Made by a program: the position numbers and the translations under genes
DNA from: Nitrospirota bacterium
GTDB lineage: Bacteria > Nitrospirota > UBA9217
NCBI GenBank assembly: GCA_963845065.1
Contig: CAWJQQ010000002.1
Coordinates: forward strand, 288,001 to 352,000
Length of the DNA: 64,000 bases
Reading direction: 5' to 3'
The notes under the pieces: generated by a model
What the model was told of the DNA's origin: nothing
Databases searched by the model: none
Seen by the model: only the letters and a program-made list of their open reading frames with translations
Shown: positions 21,128 to 33,136 of the stretch, one piece after another
Numbering within the stretch: position 1 is the first letter of the stretch
How the letters are laid out: each line of letters begins with the position of its first letter

Positions 21128-21829
21128 TTATGGACCGGCAATCCGCTCCTTCATCGACGACTTGACTATGTAATCGGCAAGCAAGTGTTTGGCCTCGTGT
21201 GTGATATCTACAAACATCAGTCCGTATCGATTGTCTTCGTCTCCGGGAGCAGCCAAAGCGGCTCTGATTATTTTACATGATACCTGTATCTTCTTTGCAT
21301 TGGGAAGGTAAAATGAGCAGGCAAGCCTTGCGCCTTTGGCTAATTGCTTATTGGTTTCGATCAGCATCCCTGTAGCGCTGACATTCACGGTGCGGCAGAA
21401 GAACGGTTCGTCTTCGGAAAGGCTGTCAACCGTTGCGCTTAGTAATACCCGGAGCGTCTCCCTCCCGGCAATTTCGAGGAGTTGCTGTGCCTTTACCATG
21501 AGAACGACGGGATGGAGTGGCTCGATGAGCACCGCGTTCGCCCTGCACCGCCCGGCTTGTTCAATGGCATCCGGCGTGTTTGCACAGATTAGGATCAACG
21601 AAGCCGCGCGCAATTGGTTATCATCCCTGATCAGGGAGCAGAAATGTTCACCATCCATGCCGGGCATGTGGAGTCGTGTAATGATGAGATCCACCAACTC
21701 GGCTTGGTGAATTTTGAATGCTTCATCATTCGTTTTTGCGGTAAACACCTTGAAGTCTGTCCTGTCTAAAAAAGTCTGATGTTGCTCCAATGACTCGTGG
21801 ACATCATGCGCAATCAATATTTTTTTCAT
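21128..21829 (-). CDS. Receiver(-like) domain + PilZ domain protein
   Basis: N-terminal REC fold (DLIITRLHMPGMDG). PilZ motifs RETLR and NVSATG. Confidence 0.85.
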   Translation of the reverse strand: MKKILIAHDVHESLEQHQTFLDRTDFKVFTAKTNDEAFKIHQAELVDLIITRLHMPGMDGEHFCSLIRDDNQLRAASLILICANTPDAIEQAGRCRANAVLIEPLHPVVLMVKAQQLLEIAGRETLRVLLSATVDSLSEDEPFFCRTVNVSATGMLIETNKQLAKGARLACSFYLPNAKKIQVSCKIIRAALAAPGDEDNRYGLMFVDITHEAKHLLADYIVKSSMKERIAGP

Positions 21830-21883
21830 TCATCCCTCACAATCAACGCCAAAGTCTGAGATGCTCGACCGGTATTATGCCTG

Positions 21884-22561
21884 ATCGCGGTAGGAATGTC
21901 CGTTGCCGGACACCCCCCGCACGCACGGATCCATGCGGGAAGAATTACTACACGCGGATCTTGCCTCGGGTAATTCACGCAGAACTAATTACTTGGGTTT
22001 TCCCATGCCTTATGCTGTAAAGTTAGTCAATGTATGCTCCTGTCTTTGAGTACAGGTCAAAAACCACTTCCCGGAATTCCCCTCAGTCATCAGCCTTCCC
22101 TCCAGGACCCCCACCAAAGTGCAGACAGACGCCGTTTTATTCGGCTCCTTCCCCGTACTATACCGATGTCAGATTGCAAAAGAGCGTACGAGTAAAGATT
22201 ACGGCCACAGGTCTTAGCCTCCCGATCCGACATGCAACTTTCACGGCGGATGCTGTCGAGCTCTCTCGGTTCTGAAGCATTGTGTGTCTACACATGCACA
22301 GGATCTCCGACTCCGCAGGGTCAATGACAACTGGCTGATAGCGTTGTCGACTATAATGCCTTCCCAATGTACGCCCGCGGCCAGCACCCCAAAACGCGTG
22401 ATTTCGGAGCTCAATAGCTGGCCTACGCTTTCCCTCTCAACGCTTCACGTGCAATCTCACGATCGGCCGCGCATGACTCGGGGCCATGATGGATTACCTC
22501 ATCCTTCCATGTAGAGGACTTTCTCCCCCGACCCTATGCCGGACAATCCCGGCTTTTTCAC
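21884..22561 (-). ncRNA. ORF-less, degenerate group II intron (bacterial class E-like)
   Basis: Minus strand DI motifs GCCCCGAGTCATGCG, GAAGCGTTGA, TATTGAGCTCCGAAA and GCGGAGTCGGAGA. DIII GGAGGGAAGG..GAGGGGAA. DV/DVI CCCGAGGCAAGATCCGCGTG..GGATCCGTGCGTGCGGGGGGTGTCCGGCAACGGACATTCCTACCGCGAT. The 5' boundary is uncertain. Confidence 0.8.
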
Positions 22562-22705
22562 GTACGTCCACCGCTAAAGCATTGGTTCCCGCACCATTTC
22601 CCTAAACAGTACTATAACTTCGTCGTATTTACAAGAGGGCTGCAAAAAGAGCTATACATAAGCGTAGGGCTAAAGGTTCATGAATTAAAAACCAATGTAT
22701 GATGC

Positions 22706-23839
22706 TCAAAATTGCCGTATGCCATGTTTTTTTTTGTTATAGTCGACCACCCTGTCTACTTCCTTCCTCATCTCCTCTTTCCTTCTCCCCTCCATATAAA
22801 ATGGCTCATCTCGCAGTTTCGTTCCGAAAAATCCGGCGTCGGGATACTGTTGCCGATAAAAGTCAGGGATTTCAGATGGAGCATTAGTGCCATTCATGAT
22901 AGCCCACGCCAAAGTCCATGCCCGCGCCACGTTCGCGATGTCGTATCCACCTCCTCCAAGTGCTACCCATTTAGGCGCCATGGCCCTGATCATTGTCACC
23001 ACGCGGCAGAACCCGTTCGTGGTGATATTCAAATGAGCAAGCGGATCGCTCCTGAACGTATCAACCCCGAGCTGGCTCACGATGATGTCGGGCCTGAAGA
23101 CGTCTATAAGCGGAGGAACGACTTCGGTAAATGCATGGACAAAAAGTTCATCGTCAGTCTCTGGCGGCAGGGGAATGTTCACGCTGTATCCCTCGCCCGC
23201 TCCCGAGCCAATCTCATATTCGAACCCTGAGCCCGGGAAAAGCGCTTGCCCTGTTTCATGGAGTGAAATGGTCAGGACCTTGTCCGAGCTAAAGAATGCT
23301 TCCTGAACCCCGTCGCCGTGGTGAGCATCGATGTCGACATAAGCGACTCTCCTTCCCCTGTTGACTAAGGACTGGATGGCGATCACCGGATCGTTGATAT
23401 AACAGAACCCCGAGGCATGGTCTGCCATGGCATGGTGAAGTCCTCCCGAGATATTGAAAGCAACCTCCGCCTCGCCGCTGTCAACGAGGTCGGCAGCCTT
23501 GAGAGATGCGCCGGCAATGAGTATCGACCAGTCGAACATACCGGCAAATATCGGATTGTCGCCCGGGCCGAGTCCGAAGAAATCGGCACCCGGATAGTCC
23601 GCACCACTGTTCGAGGCCCTCAGTATGTCGATATAATCCTGGGTATGAAATGTCAGCAGGTCTTCAACCCGCGCCGGATGAGGCTCTATCAGCCGTGGGT
23701 CCGAAGGGGCGAGTAAACCGCAGGCCTTGATCAGTTCATAGGTGAGCTTCAGACGAAATGGCTTTAACGGGTGGCTAGACCCGTAATCGAAACGTGCGAA
23801 TTCATCTGAGAATATAAAGGCCGCTTTCATGGTTTCCAA
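22706..23839 (-). CDS. acuC: Zn-dependent deacetylase, AcuC/histone deacetylase family
   Basis: Motifs HPLKPFR, GGLHHA, SGFCY, DIDAHHGDG and GGGGY. Confidence 0.9.
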   Translation of the reverse strand: METMKAAFIFSDEFARFDYGSSHPLKPFRLKLTYELIKACGLLAPSDPRLIEPHPARVEDLLTFHTQDYIDILRASNSGADYPGADFFGLGPGDNPIFAGMFDWSILIAGASLKAADLVDSGEAEVAFNISGGLHHAMADHASGFCYINDPVIAIQSLVNRGRRVAYVDIDAHHGDGVQEAFFSSDKVLTISLHETGQALFPGSGFEYEIGSGAGEGYSVNIPLPPETDDELFVHAFTEVVPPLIDVFRPDIIVSQLGVDTFRSDPLAHLNITTNGFCRVVTMIRAMAPKWVALGGGGYDIANVARAWTLAWAIMNGTNAPSEIPDFYRQQYPDAGFFGTKLRDEPFYMEGRRKEEMRKEVDRVVDYNKKKHGIRQF

Positions 23840-23965
23840 GAGCCTCCTTGGTGTACATTACTATAGAATCAAATTTCCCATATAATAGCAAGTATTTTTT
23901 GCCATAGTTGCTTAAATACCCTAATCTTCAATATGTTGAAATCTGCCATTCCCCCGTGCCCAAAT

Positions 23966-24004
23966 AAAAAAAAAGGCCGGCAAAGTGTTTTCTTCGCCGG
24001 CCTT
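23966..24004 (-). terminator. Intrinsic terminator after groEL
   Basis: AAGGCCGGC...GCCGGCCTT stem followed by a T-run on the minus strand. Confidence 0.8.
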
Positions 24005-24035
24005 GCTGTTTTCCTCGTGACAGGAAACTTTATTA

Positions 24036-26019
<1,984 letters not shown>

Positions 26020-26067
26020 ATTGCTCGACTCCTTTCTTGGAATTAGTAAAGCTATTATACCACGTAA

Positions 26068-26094
26068 TTAGCACTCGTTCAAGGCGAGTGCTAA
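26068..26094. promoter_or_regulatory. CIRCE (HrcA operator)
   Basis: Perfect TTAGCACTC-N9-GAGTGCTAA upstream of groES. Confidence 0.97.
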
Positions 26095-26223
26095 TATATT
26101 TCCCGGTCAGGAAAAAAGCAAACTTAAAATATAGTCAGATTATACAGAATTAGTAAATTTTGGGTAATTTTACTTAAAAATCTCCATTTATCTGATTTTT
26201 TCATTATAATAAATGTAAAAAAG

Positions 26224-26251
26224 AAAAGCAGGATATAATATCCTGCTTTTT
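26224..26251. terminator. Terminator after ctpA
   Basis: AAAAGCAGGATAT-A-ATATCCTGCTTTT inverted repeat. Confidence 0.7.
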
Positions 26252-26281
26252 CAATTACTTAAGTAAATTTTAAATTTTAGC

Positions 26282-27637
26282 CTATTTTCCTTTTTTCACG
26301 GTCGTTGTCATTTCCGTGAATACATCCGCCGCCAAGACAGCCGGATTCAGTATCTCGATCGCTTTCTGGAGTTGGATATCATCCTTGTCTGCCTTCGGCA
26401 CAGCTTCCAAGGTGAAATCTTCTTCTTCCGCAGGCTGCGGTACATTTTTCTTCTTTTCCTCTTTGATCGTGTCGTTCTTCAGGTGGTGCTCGAGATCTTT
26501 TTCGCGCACGACCACGTGCATCGGTTCGCCTTCCTTCGCTTCCTTGATCGTCGGCAGTTTCACCTCTACGTCAGGGGTAATACCAACATTCTGGATCGAT
26601 CGACCTGCCGGCGTATAATACTTTGCTGTTGTAAGCCGGAGCCCACCGCCGCTTTCAAGCGGGAACACAGTCTGGACGGAACCCTTGCCGAAAGTCTGTG
26701 TCCCGACGATCAGGGCGCGTTTTGAATCCTGGAGCGCACCAGCAACGATTTCTGACGCACTGGCACTGCCCGTGTTCACGAGCACCACTATCGGATACGT
26801 CCTCGCGAGGTCGGAGCCCGTAGTCAGGAAGTCCTTCCGGTCATTGGGCTGCCTTCCCTGCAGGTACACGACCAGCTTATCTTTGGGCATAAACTTGCTG
26901 CACACATCCACGGACGAGTCGAGAAGCCCACCCGGATCATTCCGCAAGTCGATGACCAATTTCTTCATACCCTTGGCTTCCAGTTTTTTCAAGGCCTTTT
27001 CTAATTCCTCCGAAGTCTGTCCCTGGAATTGAATGATCTTCACATATCCGATATTATTATCCAGCATCCTGGACTTGACGCTGACGACCTTGATGACGTC
27101 GCGGACGATTTTGAACTCTTTAGGTTTATCCCATCCTTCTCTATAGATCAAAAGCTGTACCGACGTACCTTTTGGGCCGCGCATCGTGTCCACCGCCTGC
27201 TCGATGGTCATGTCCCTGGTCCATTCGTCATTGATCTTCATGATCTTATCGCCCGCCGCGAGTCCCGCTCGGTAGCCGGGAGTGTCCTCAATCGGCGCAA
27301 TGATCGTGAGCTGCTGGTTCTTGATCCCGATCTGAATGCCGACACCAGTGAATTCGCCCCGGATATCCATGTTCATCTCTTTGAACTGTTTGTCGTTCAT
27401 ATACGATGAGTGGGGGTCAAGGTTCGAGACCATCCCGCGGATGGCACCCTCAATGAGTTCCCTTGTATCGGGCACTTCGACGTAGTTGCGTTTAATCAGC
27501 TCCATCGCTTGCGTAAAGGCCTTTAAATCTTCATAGGTGTCTGGCTTGGCCTGGACCATCTGCTGACCGATCAAAACTCCCGCCAGCAGGATCACCAGTG
27601 CAGCGATTAAAAATTTTTTCTTGTTAATCCGTATCAT
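26282..27637 (-). CDS. ctpA: S41 C-terminal processing protease (PDZ)
   Basis: LDPHS, DLRNDPGG, SASASEI, TFGKGSVQ. Start re-set to MIRINK. Confidence 0.93.
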   Translation of the reverse strand: MIRINKKKFLIAALVILLAGVLIGQQMVQAKPDTYEDLKAFTQAMELIKRNYVEVPDTRELIEGAIRGMVSNLDPHSSYMNDKQFKEMNMDIRGEFTGVGIQIGIKNQQLTIIAPIEDTPGYRAGLAAGDKIMKINDEWTRDMTIEQAVDTMRGPKGTSVQLLIYREGWDKPKEFKIVRDVIKVVSVKSRMLDNNIGYVKIIQFQGQTSEELEKALKKLEAKGMKKLVIDLRNDPGGLLDSSVDVCSKFMPKDKLVVYLQGRQPNDRKDFLTTGSDLARTYPIVVLVNTGSASASEIVAGALQDSKRALIVGTQTFGKGSVQTVFPLESGGGLRLTTAKYYTPAGRSIQNVGITPDVEVKLPTIKEAKEGEPMHVVVREKDLEHHLKNDTIKEEKKKNVPQPAEEEDFTLEAVPKADKDDIQLQKAIEILNPAVLAADVFTEMTTTVKKGK

Positions 27638-27780
27638 GGTATCATCCTCCAAATCGTTCTGCATAATAACACTCCTCAAATTATCTCAGCAGAATTTTAC
27701 GTAATCATGCTAGGGAAAATATCATAGCAGCATAAAAAAAGCAAAGAAGTTTTTTCCCCTCGTATTCTTCCGCGCCGCCG

Positions 27781-28965
27781 TCACTTCTTCGTGAGCCTGG
27801 TAAGCGGGTCTTCCGCTTCGCCATTTCTTCGTATTTCAAAGTACAATTTCGCTCCCCTGAGGCTTCCGGTTTCACCTGCTAGACCAATGACCTGGCCTTT
27901 AGTGACCCGAGCCCCCTTGTTCAAGTCAAGTTGCGAAAGGTATCCGTAGAGTGTATAGAAACCGTTGCCATGGTCTAGGATGATGAGCTTGCCGTATCCC
28001 TTGTACCAATCCGCGTAGACGACCTCTCCATCGCTCACCGCCCGGACAGCCTGACCTTCACGCGCCTCGATCTCGATGCCCCTGCGGAACACCATAGTGC
28101 CGAACAGCGGGTGGCGCTGCATTCCAAAACGGGTAATTACCTGCCCGTCCAAGGGCCAGGGAAGCCTCCCCTTCTCAGTGCCTGACGTTTTACTTTCCCA
28201 TTGTGCAGGAGATTGGTCCCCGTTCGCGGCTCTGCGCTCTCCTTCGTCTTTCTTGATCATGGCCCAGAGGCTTGCTGAAGATTCCTCGAGCTCATGCAGT
28301 GTCTGTTCGTAAAGACCCTTTTCTTGCCGGACGTTTGCAAGGATCATTGCTTTTTGGTGACGTTTTGTCTCAAGAACAGCCTTCTGGGATTCTACAACTC
28401 GATTGCGCCCGAGGATCTCTTCTTTCTTTTCAAGTATATCCTTCTGAAGTGACGCCAGGTGGTCAAGGGCGCTGCCGTATTCCCGCATCATCACGCGGTC
28501 GCGATCGGCAATTAGACCCAGATATTTGGTATCCTTCAATACAATCCCTGGATTTTCCAAGGCTATTGTCACCACAGCCCCGTTGCGCTGCATCTTGTAA
28601 AGCGCCCTCAGCCGCTGTCCATAGAGACGCTTCAGCTCCGTAAGCTCCCGACTAATCTCCGAGCTACTCGCTTCAATACCTTGAAGGGTCGTCTCGTCAT
28701 TCCTTAGTTGTCTTTGCTGGCTGGCAAGCTCCGCACTCCCGGCCTGAATATCCCGATCAATTTTGTCAAGGTCGCCAAGGACTGACCGCTCTTTACGCTT
28801 CGTCTGCCTGATCTCATTCTTTTTCTCATGCATCTCTTGATTGATGCGCCGGAGCTCTCGTTCGGAATCCGATGAAGTGCCCGCACCCTGCACGGGTGAT
28901 TCGCTCATGCAAATGAAAAAGGCCAGGAGCAATGTACAATGTAAAACATGGAAACTTGTTCTCAT
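27781..28965 (-). CDS. envC: Murein hydrolase activator EnvC (coiled coil + degenerate M23)
   Basis: Coiled coil, LPWPLDG, GYGKLIILDHG and LYFEIR. Lacks M23 Zn ligands. Follows ftsEX. Confidence 0.88.
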   Translation of the reverse strand: MRTSFHVLHCTLLLAFFICMSESPVQGAGTSSDSERELRRINQEMHEKKNEIRQTKRKERSVLGDLDKIDRDIQAGSAELASQQRQLRNDETTLQGIEASSSEISRELTELKRLYGQRLRALYKMQRNGAVVTIALENPGIVLKDTKYLGLIADRDRVMMREYGSALDHLASLQKDILEKKEEILGRNRVVESQKAVLETKRHQKAMILANVRQEKGLYEQTLHELEESSASLWAMIKKDEGERRAANGDQSPAQWESKTSGTEKGRLPWPLDGQVITRFGMQRHPLFGTMVFRRGIEIEAREGQAVRAVSDGEVVYADWYKGYGKLIILDHGNGFYTLYGYLSQLDLNKGARVTKGQVIGLAGETGSLRGAKLYFEIRRNGEAEDPLTRLTKK

Positions 28966-29092
28966 CTAGCTTTCCGTATCTTCTTTTTTTTATACATTTT
29001 TATACATGATGACTAGGAATCAATCTTCATAGGGATAGCTATAGATGTGCTTCCTGACTGCAACGCACGGTAAGCCCTCTACGGTTCCTTCG

Positions 29093-29980
29093 TTACTCAA
29101 GGAAATTGTTCACCGAAACAAACGCTCCGATCAAGCCGAGCAGACCACCACCTGCAATCATATATGCTACCACTGAAGGTGGCAGAAAGTCCAGCATCTT
29201 GAACCGTGAGAGCAAATATTCAACCTCTGGAGGCAATAAATAATAGAGCGCCGCAAGAATACCAACAGCAAGCGCAGAGCCAAGCATGGCGAGCATCATC
29301 CCTTCGATGAGGAACGGCCCCTGGATAAACCCCTTCGTGGCCCCGATCCACTGCATGAGCTCAATTTCCTGGCCGCGGGAGTATAGCGCCAGCCGGACTG
29401 AATTGGAAATGATGAATACAACGGACACTCCGAGCAGAATGGCGAGAACCGCCCCTCCGTAGCTGAGCAGTTTGTACAGACGAGAAACCATCTCCGCTCC
29501 CTGCTTGCCATAAGAGACATCCTCCACTCCTGGATAGCCGGAAATTTTCTTTGCCATTCTCTCGAGCCGATCGGCGTCTGCATAACCGCGGTCTATGGTA
29601 AGTTCGAAGGAATCGGGAAGGGGGTTATCTCCCAGTCCCTGAAGAAGCGCCTCCTGGCCCTTTAAATCTTTTTTAAACAGTGCGAGAGCATCTGTTTTGG
29701 AAAGCAATAGAACCTTTCTAACGCCTGCTTCGTCTTTGAGCCTACCCATGAGAAAATCCTTCTCATGGTCAGTGAGCCCATCCTTAAGGTAGACCGACAT
29801 ATCAAGCCGGTCTCCCATGGATTGGACCGCCGACTGGACATTGAAATAAACGATCAGGAAAAAACCCACAATAAGCATGGCCATACTGATCGTGCCCACC
29901 GCGAGAAGGTTCACCATGCTGTTCGCTCTCAACCCGCGAAATGCTTCCGCGATATAATAGAAAGGACCATATCCTCTCAC
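29093..29980 (-). CDS. ftsX: Cell division permease FtsX
   Basis: NPLPDSF, EIELMQWIGAT, GPFLIEG. Confidence 0.95.
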   Translation of the reverse strand: MRGYGPFYYIAEAFRGLRANSMVNLLAVGTISMAMLIVGFFLIVYFNVQSAVQSMGDRLDMSVYLKDGLTDHEKDFLMGRLKDEAGVRKVLLLSKTDALALFKKDLKGQEALLQGLGDNPLPDSFELTIDRGYADADRLERMAKKISGYPGVEDVSYGKQGAEMVSRLYKLLSYGGAVLAILLGVSVVFIISNSVRLALYSRGQEIELMQWIGATKGFIQGPFLIEGMMLAMLGSALAVGILAALYYLLPPEVEYLLSRFKMLDFLPPSVVAYMIAGGGLLGLIGAFVSVNNFLE

Positions 29981-30720
29981 TGTTTGTCCTCCAGCGGTTT
30001 TGTATCCGATGCCTGAGCGCTGGACCTTATTTCCGAGTCTGATGAGGGATGCAGTATGGGCTGTCTACCTTCCTCAAGTACTCTGCCATGTTCCATGGTA
30101 ATGATTCTGCGCTGCATCTTGCGCACCATTTCTAAGTCATGTGTAGCCACAAGCACAGTGGTACCCTTCATGTTGATATCACGGAAAAGGCTAAACATCT
30201 CTTGGGCGCTCTGTGGGTCGAGATTCCCTGTGGGTTCGTCTGCCAGCAGAACCTGGGGCTCGTTCACAAGCGCACGGGCCACGGCAACTTTCTGCTGCTC
30301 ACCTCCTGAAAGCTTCGGCGGCGTGAGATGCCTTTTCCCCTCCATGCCGACTTTTTTGAGCACGAGGAACGCACGTCGTTCTATTTCTCCGGAGGGTGTA
30401 CCCACGACCTTAAGTGCAAGTGCGATATTCTCAAATATAGTTTTATGCGCCAGGAGTTTGTAATCTTGGAATACGAAACCCATGTTTCGCCGGAGGTAGG
30501 GGATAGTCGATGGTTTGATCCGAAAGGTGTTGATGCCCTGCATGATGATCTGTCCTTCATCAGCATGCTCGGCGCAGAAAAGGATCTTGAGGAGCGTCGT
30601 CTTGCCAGCACCGCTCGGGCCGGTGACGAATACGAATTCACCCTTGTCGATGGTGAAGCTCACCTCGCATAGAGCGGGAACGCCCTCATATTTTTTTGTA
30701 ACCCGATAGAGCTGGATCAT
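29977..30720 (-). CDS. ftsE: Cell division ATPase FtsE
   Basis: GPSGAGKT, VFQDYKLL, LSGGEQQ, ADEPTGNLD. Confidence 0.95.
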   Translation of the reverse strand: MIQLYRVTKKYEGVPALCEVSFTIDKGEFVFVTGPSGAGKTTLLKILFCAEHADEGQIIMQGINTFRIKPSTIPYLRRNMGFVFQDYKLLAHKTIFENIALALKVVGTPSGEIERRAFLVLKKVGMEGKRHLTPPKLSGGEQQKVAVARALVNEPQVLLADEPTGNLDPQSAQEMFSLFRDINMKGTTVLVATHDLEMVRKMQRRIITMEHGRVLEEGRQPILHPSSDSEIRSSAQASDTKPLEDKQ

Positions 30721-30858
30721 TGAAATGCAAACCCATTATTTACCACGGATTGACAAGGATCTGTGCGGATATAATTAATTCTCTGCGACTCCACCGTCTC
30801 GTGTCTAATATTGCCTGAAACAGGGTGTGCATCCGTGATATGATATGGCTTTTTTTAT

Positions 30859-31018
30859 CCTTCTGCGCCGCAAAACCCCGTTTCTTTAGGGCGGGGATAT
30901 AAGCGCTGGTTTAGAAGCAGTCAGAGAAATATTGTTTTAGTATTAGGTTGACAATTGTGTACTATTATAATAATCCTCGGCCTTCACAGCTTGTCCGACA
31001 AAGCGGTGAGGATGTCAA
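30859..31018 (+). mobile_element. 160-bp IS200/IS605 mini-element
   Basis: TTAT|CCTTCTGCGCCGC-AAAA-CCCCGTTTCTTTAGGGCGGGGATATAAGCGCTGGTT left end (like 54869), TTGACAATTGT, and a right end GGTGAGGATGTCAA. Confidence 0.75.
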
Positions 31019-31952
31019 TTTTTTTCCTTATTACTTCCTTTACCGCAGAAGAGATGTCGTTCGCAGACATGCCGTAGTGCTTCAAAAGCCCCTCCTGGTC
31101 GCCGGAGGTCCCGAACGTATCCTTCACGCCGATCCGAACGAGGGGAACGGGAGCGGACTCTGAAAGCACCTCCGCCACTGCTCCGCCCAAGCCGCCAATA
31201 ATTGAGTGCTCCTCTGCGGTGACGATGGCACCGCAATGCCTAGCCGCAGCGATAATGGCATCGGCATCGATTGGCTTGATCGTTGACATGTTGATTACGC
31301 CCGCATCAATTCCCTCGCTTTTCAGGATTTCCCGCGCCTTAAGCGCCTCGGCAACCATCAGTCCTGCTGCAATGATTGCCGCGTCCTTGCCCGTGTTGAA
31401 CACGTAGGCCTTGCCAATCTCAAACTTATAATCCTCACCGAAAAGCGTCGGCACTTTGTTCCTGCCGACACGCACGTAGCAGGGCCCCTTGTGCTCGGCC
31501 ACGGCCTCAATAGCCTGCAGCGTCTCCGGCCCGTCCGCCGGAACGATCACGGTCATGTGCGGAAGCACCCGCATCAGCGCGATGTCCTCAACGGACTGGT
31601 GTGAGCCGCCGTCCTCGCCCACGGTGATCCCGGCGTGGCTCGCCACGATCTTCACATTCAAATTGGGATAGCACACCGACTGCCGCACCTGTTCCCAGGC
31701 CCTGCCCGTGGCGAAAACCGCAAAGGTGCTTGCAAAAGGCAGCTTGCCGGCAATGGAGAGCCCCGCGGCAGTACCGATCATGTCCTGTTCAGCAATTCCG
31801 ATATTAAAAAATCTTTCCGGGTACGCCTTTGCAAATTTCCCGGTCTTGGTCGAGCCCGACAGGTCAGCATCGAGCACCACCACGTCGTTTCGCTTTTTCC
31901 CAAGGTTGACCAGCGCATCCCCGTAGGCATCTCGCGTTGCAATCTTTGTCAC
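30984..31952 (-). CDS. Transketolase, C-terminal subunit
   Basis: RFFNIGIAEQ, GEDGGSHQ, EEHSIIGGLG. Confidence 0.95.
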   Translation of the reverse strand: MTKIATRDAYGDALVNLGKKRNDVVVLDADLSGSTKTGKFAKAYPERFFNIGIAEQDMIGTAAGLSIAGKLPFASTFAVFATGRAWEQVRQSVCYPNLNVKIVASHAGITVGEDGGSHQSVEDIALMRVLPHMTVIVPADGPETLQAIEAVAEHKGPCYVRVGRNKVPTLFGEDYKFEIGKAYVFNTGKDAAIIAAGLMVAEALKAREILKSEGIDAGVINMSTIKPIDADAIIAAARHCGAIVTAEEHSIIGGLGGAVAEVLSESAPVPLVRIGVKDTFGTSGDQEGLLKHYGMSANDISSAVKEVIRKKIDILTALSDKL

Positions 31953-32027
31953 ATTTCCTCCCTGAATTAGAATGCAGAATGCGTATTAAGAAGTTCCATC
32001 AAGTGCGTTGTTTGTTCAGCATTATGT

Positions 32028-32870
32028 TTATTTGCATACGGTCCCTTCGGACAGTTCCTTCAGTGCAATCTCGTACTCTTCCTTCGACGGTGTAGTACCG
32101 TGGAATTCGACCTTGCCTTCGAAGACTTTAGAACCCTTGCCTTTGATCGTACGGCAAACGATCATCGTCGGTTTACCCTTAACCGTTTCAGCTTTGTCGA
32201 GTGCCGTCGTAAGCTTTGCCATGTCATGGCCGTCGACGTCGATGACTTCCCAGCCAAAGGCTCGCCATTTGTCCGTGATCGGCTCCACGCCCATCACCTT
32301 GGAAACCGGTCCGTCTATCTGGAGACCATTGTTGTCCACGAGAGCACAGAGATTGTCGAGCTTATAATGAGCCGCTGTCATGGCCGCTTCCCAGATCTGC
32401 CCTTCCTGAAGTTCACCGTCGCCGAGCAGGGCATAAACCCGGTTAGTCGTTTTGTCGAGCTTGTGCCCGAGCGCAATGCCGTTCGCTACAGACAAGCCCT
32501 GGCCGAGTGATCCCGTTGAGATCTCGACGCCTGGAAGATACTTACTATCCGGATGGCCCTGGAGCCGCGAACCAAGTTTTCGCAGTGTGCAGAGTTCCGC
32601 GTGTTCGATGAATCCCGCGTGCGCCAACACGGTATACAGGAGTGGCGCGGCATGGCCTTTTGAGAGGATGAAGTGATCGCGCCCCTTCCAGCCTGGGTTT
32701 GTCGCATCATATTTCATTTTATAGAAATACAGCGCCGTTGCGATGTCGGCAGAGGACAGGCTGCCTCCTGTATGTCCAGAGCCACAGTCAGTTAGCATCT
32801 TTAGGATGTCGACCCGGATCTTCCTAGCTTTTTCTTTCAATGTCTTCAGCTGATCTTCCGTGACCGCCAT
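32028..32870 (-). CDS. Transketolase, N-terminal (TPP-binding) subunit
   Basis: SGHTGGSLS, LSKGHAAP, GDGELQEG. Confidence 0.95.
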   Translation of the reverse strand: MAVTEDQLKTLKEKARKIRVDILKMLTDCGSGHTGGSLSSADIATALYFYKMKYDATNPGWKGRDHFILSKGHAAPLLYTVLAHAGFIEHAELCTLRKLGSRLQGHPDSKYLPGVEISTGSLGQGLSVANGIALGHKLDKTTNRVYALLGDGELQEGQIWEAAMTAAHYKLDNLCALVDNNGLQIDGPVSKVMGVEPITDKWRAFGWEVIDVDGHDMAKLTTALDKAETVKGKPTMIVCRTIKGKGSKVFEGKVEFHGTTPSKEEYEIALKELSEGTVCK

Positions 32871-33136
32871 GCGGCAATCCTCCCTTAAAAAGTATGTTAT
32901 TTTTCATAGTTACGAACCCCGCTTCAAGACGTGGAGCAAACTGGCATATATTCGTTAAACGAATAAGTAATCACCGACGACTTCGTCCCACATTATTGAT
33001 GCAAAATTAAAGATTATGCACAGTGTTTCAAGACGTAAACGTATATCCTCGCATCCCGCAATACAGGACCGTGATTCATTGAAACATGGAAAACATGTGA
33101 ATGCGAATACTCACAAATGAAAAACTTTTCAAAAAT

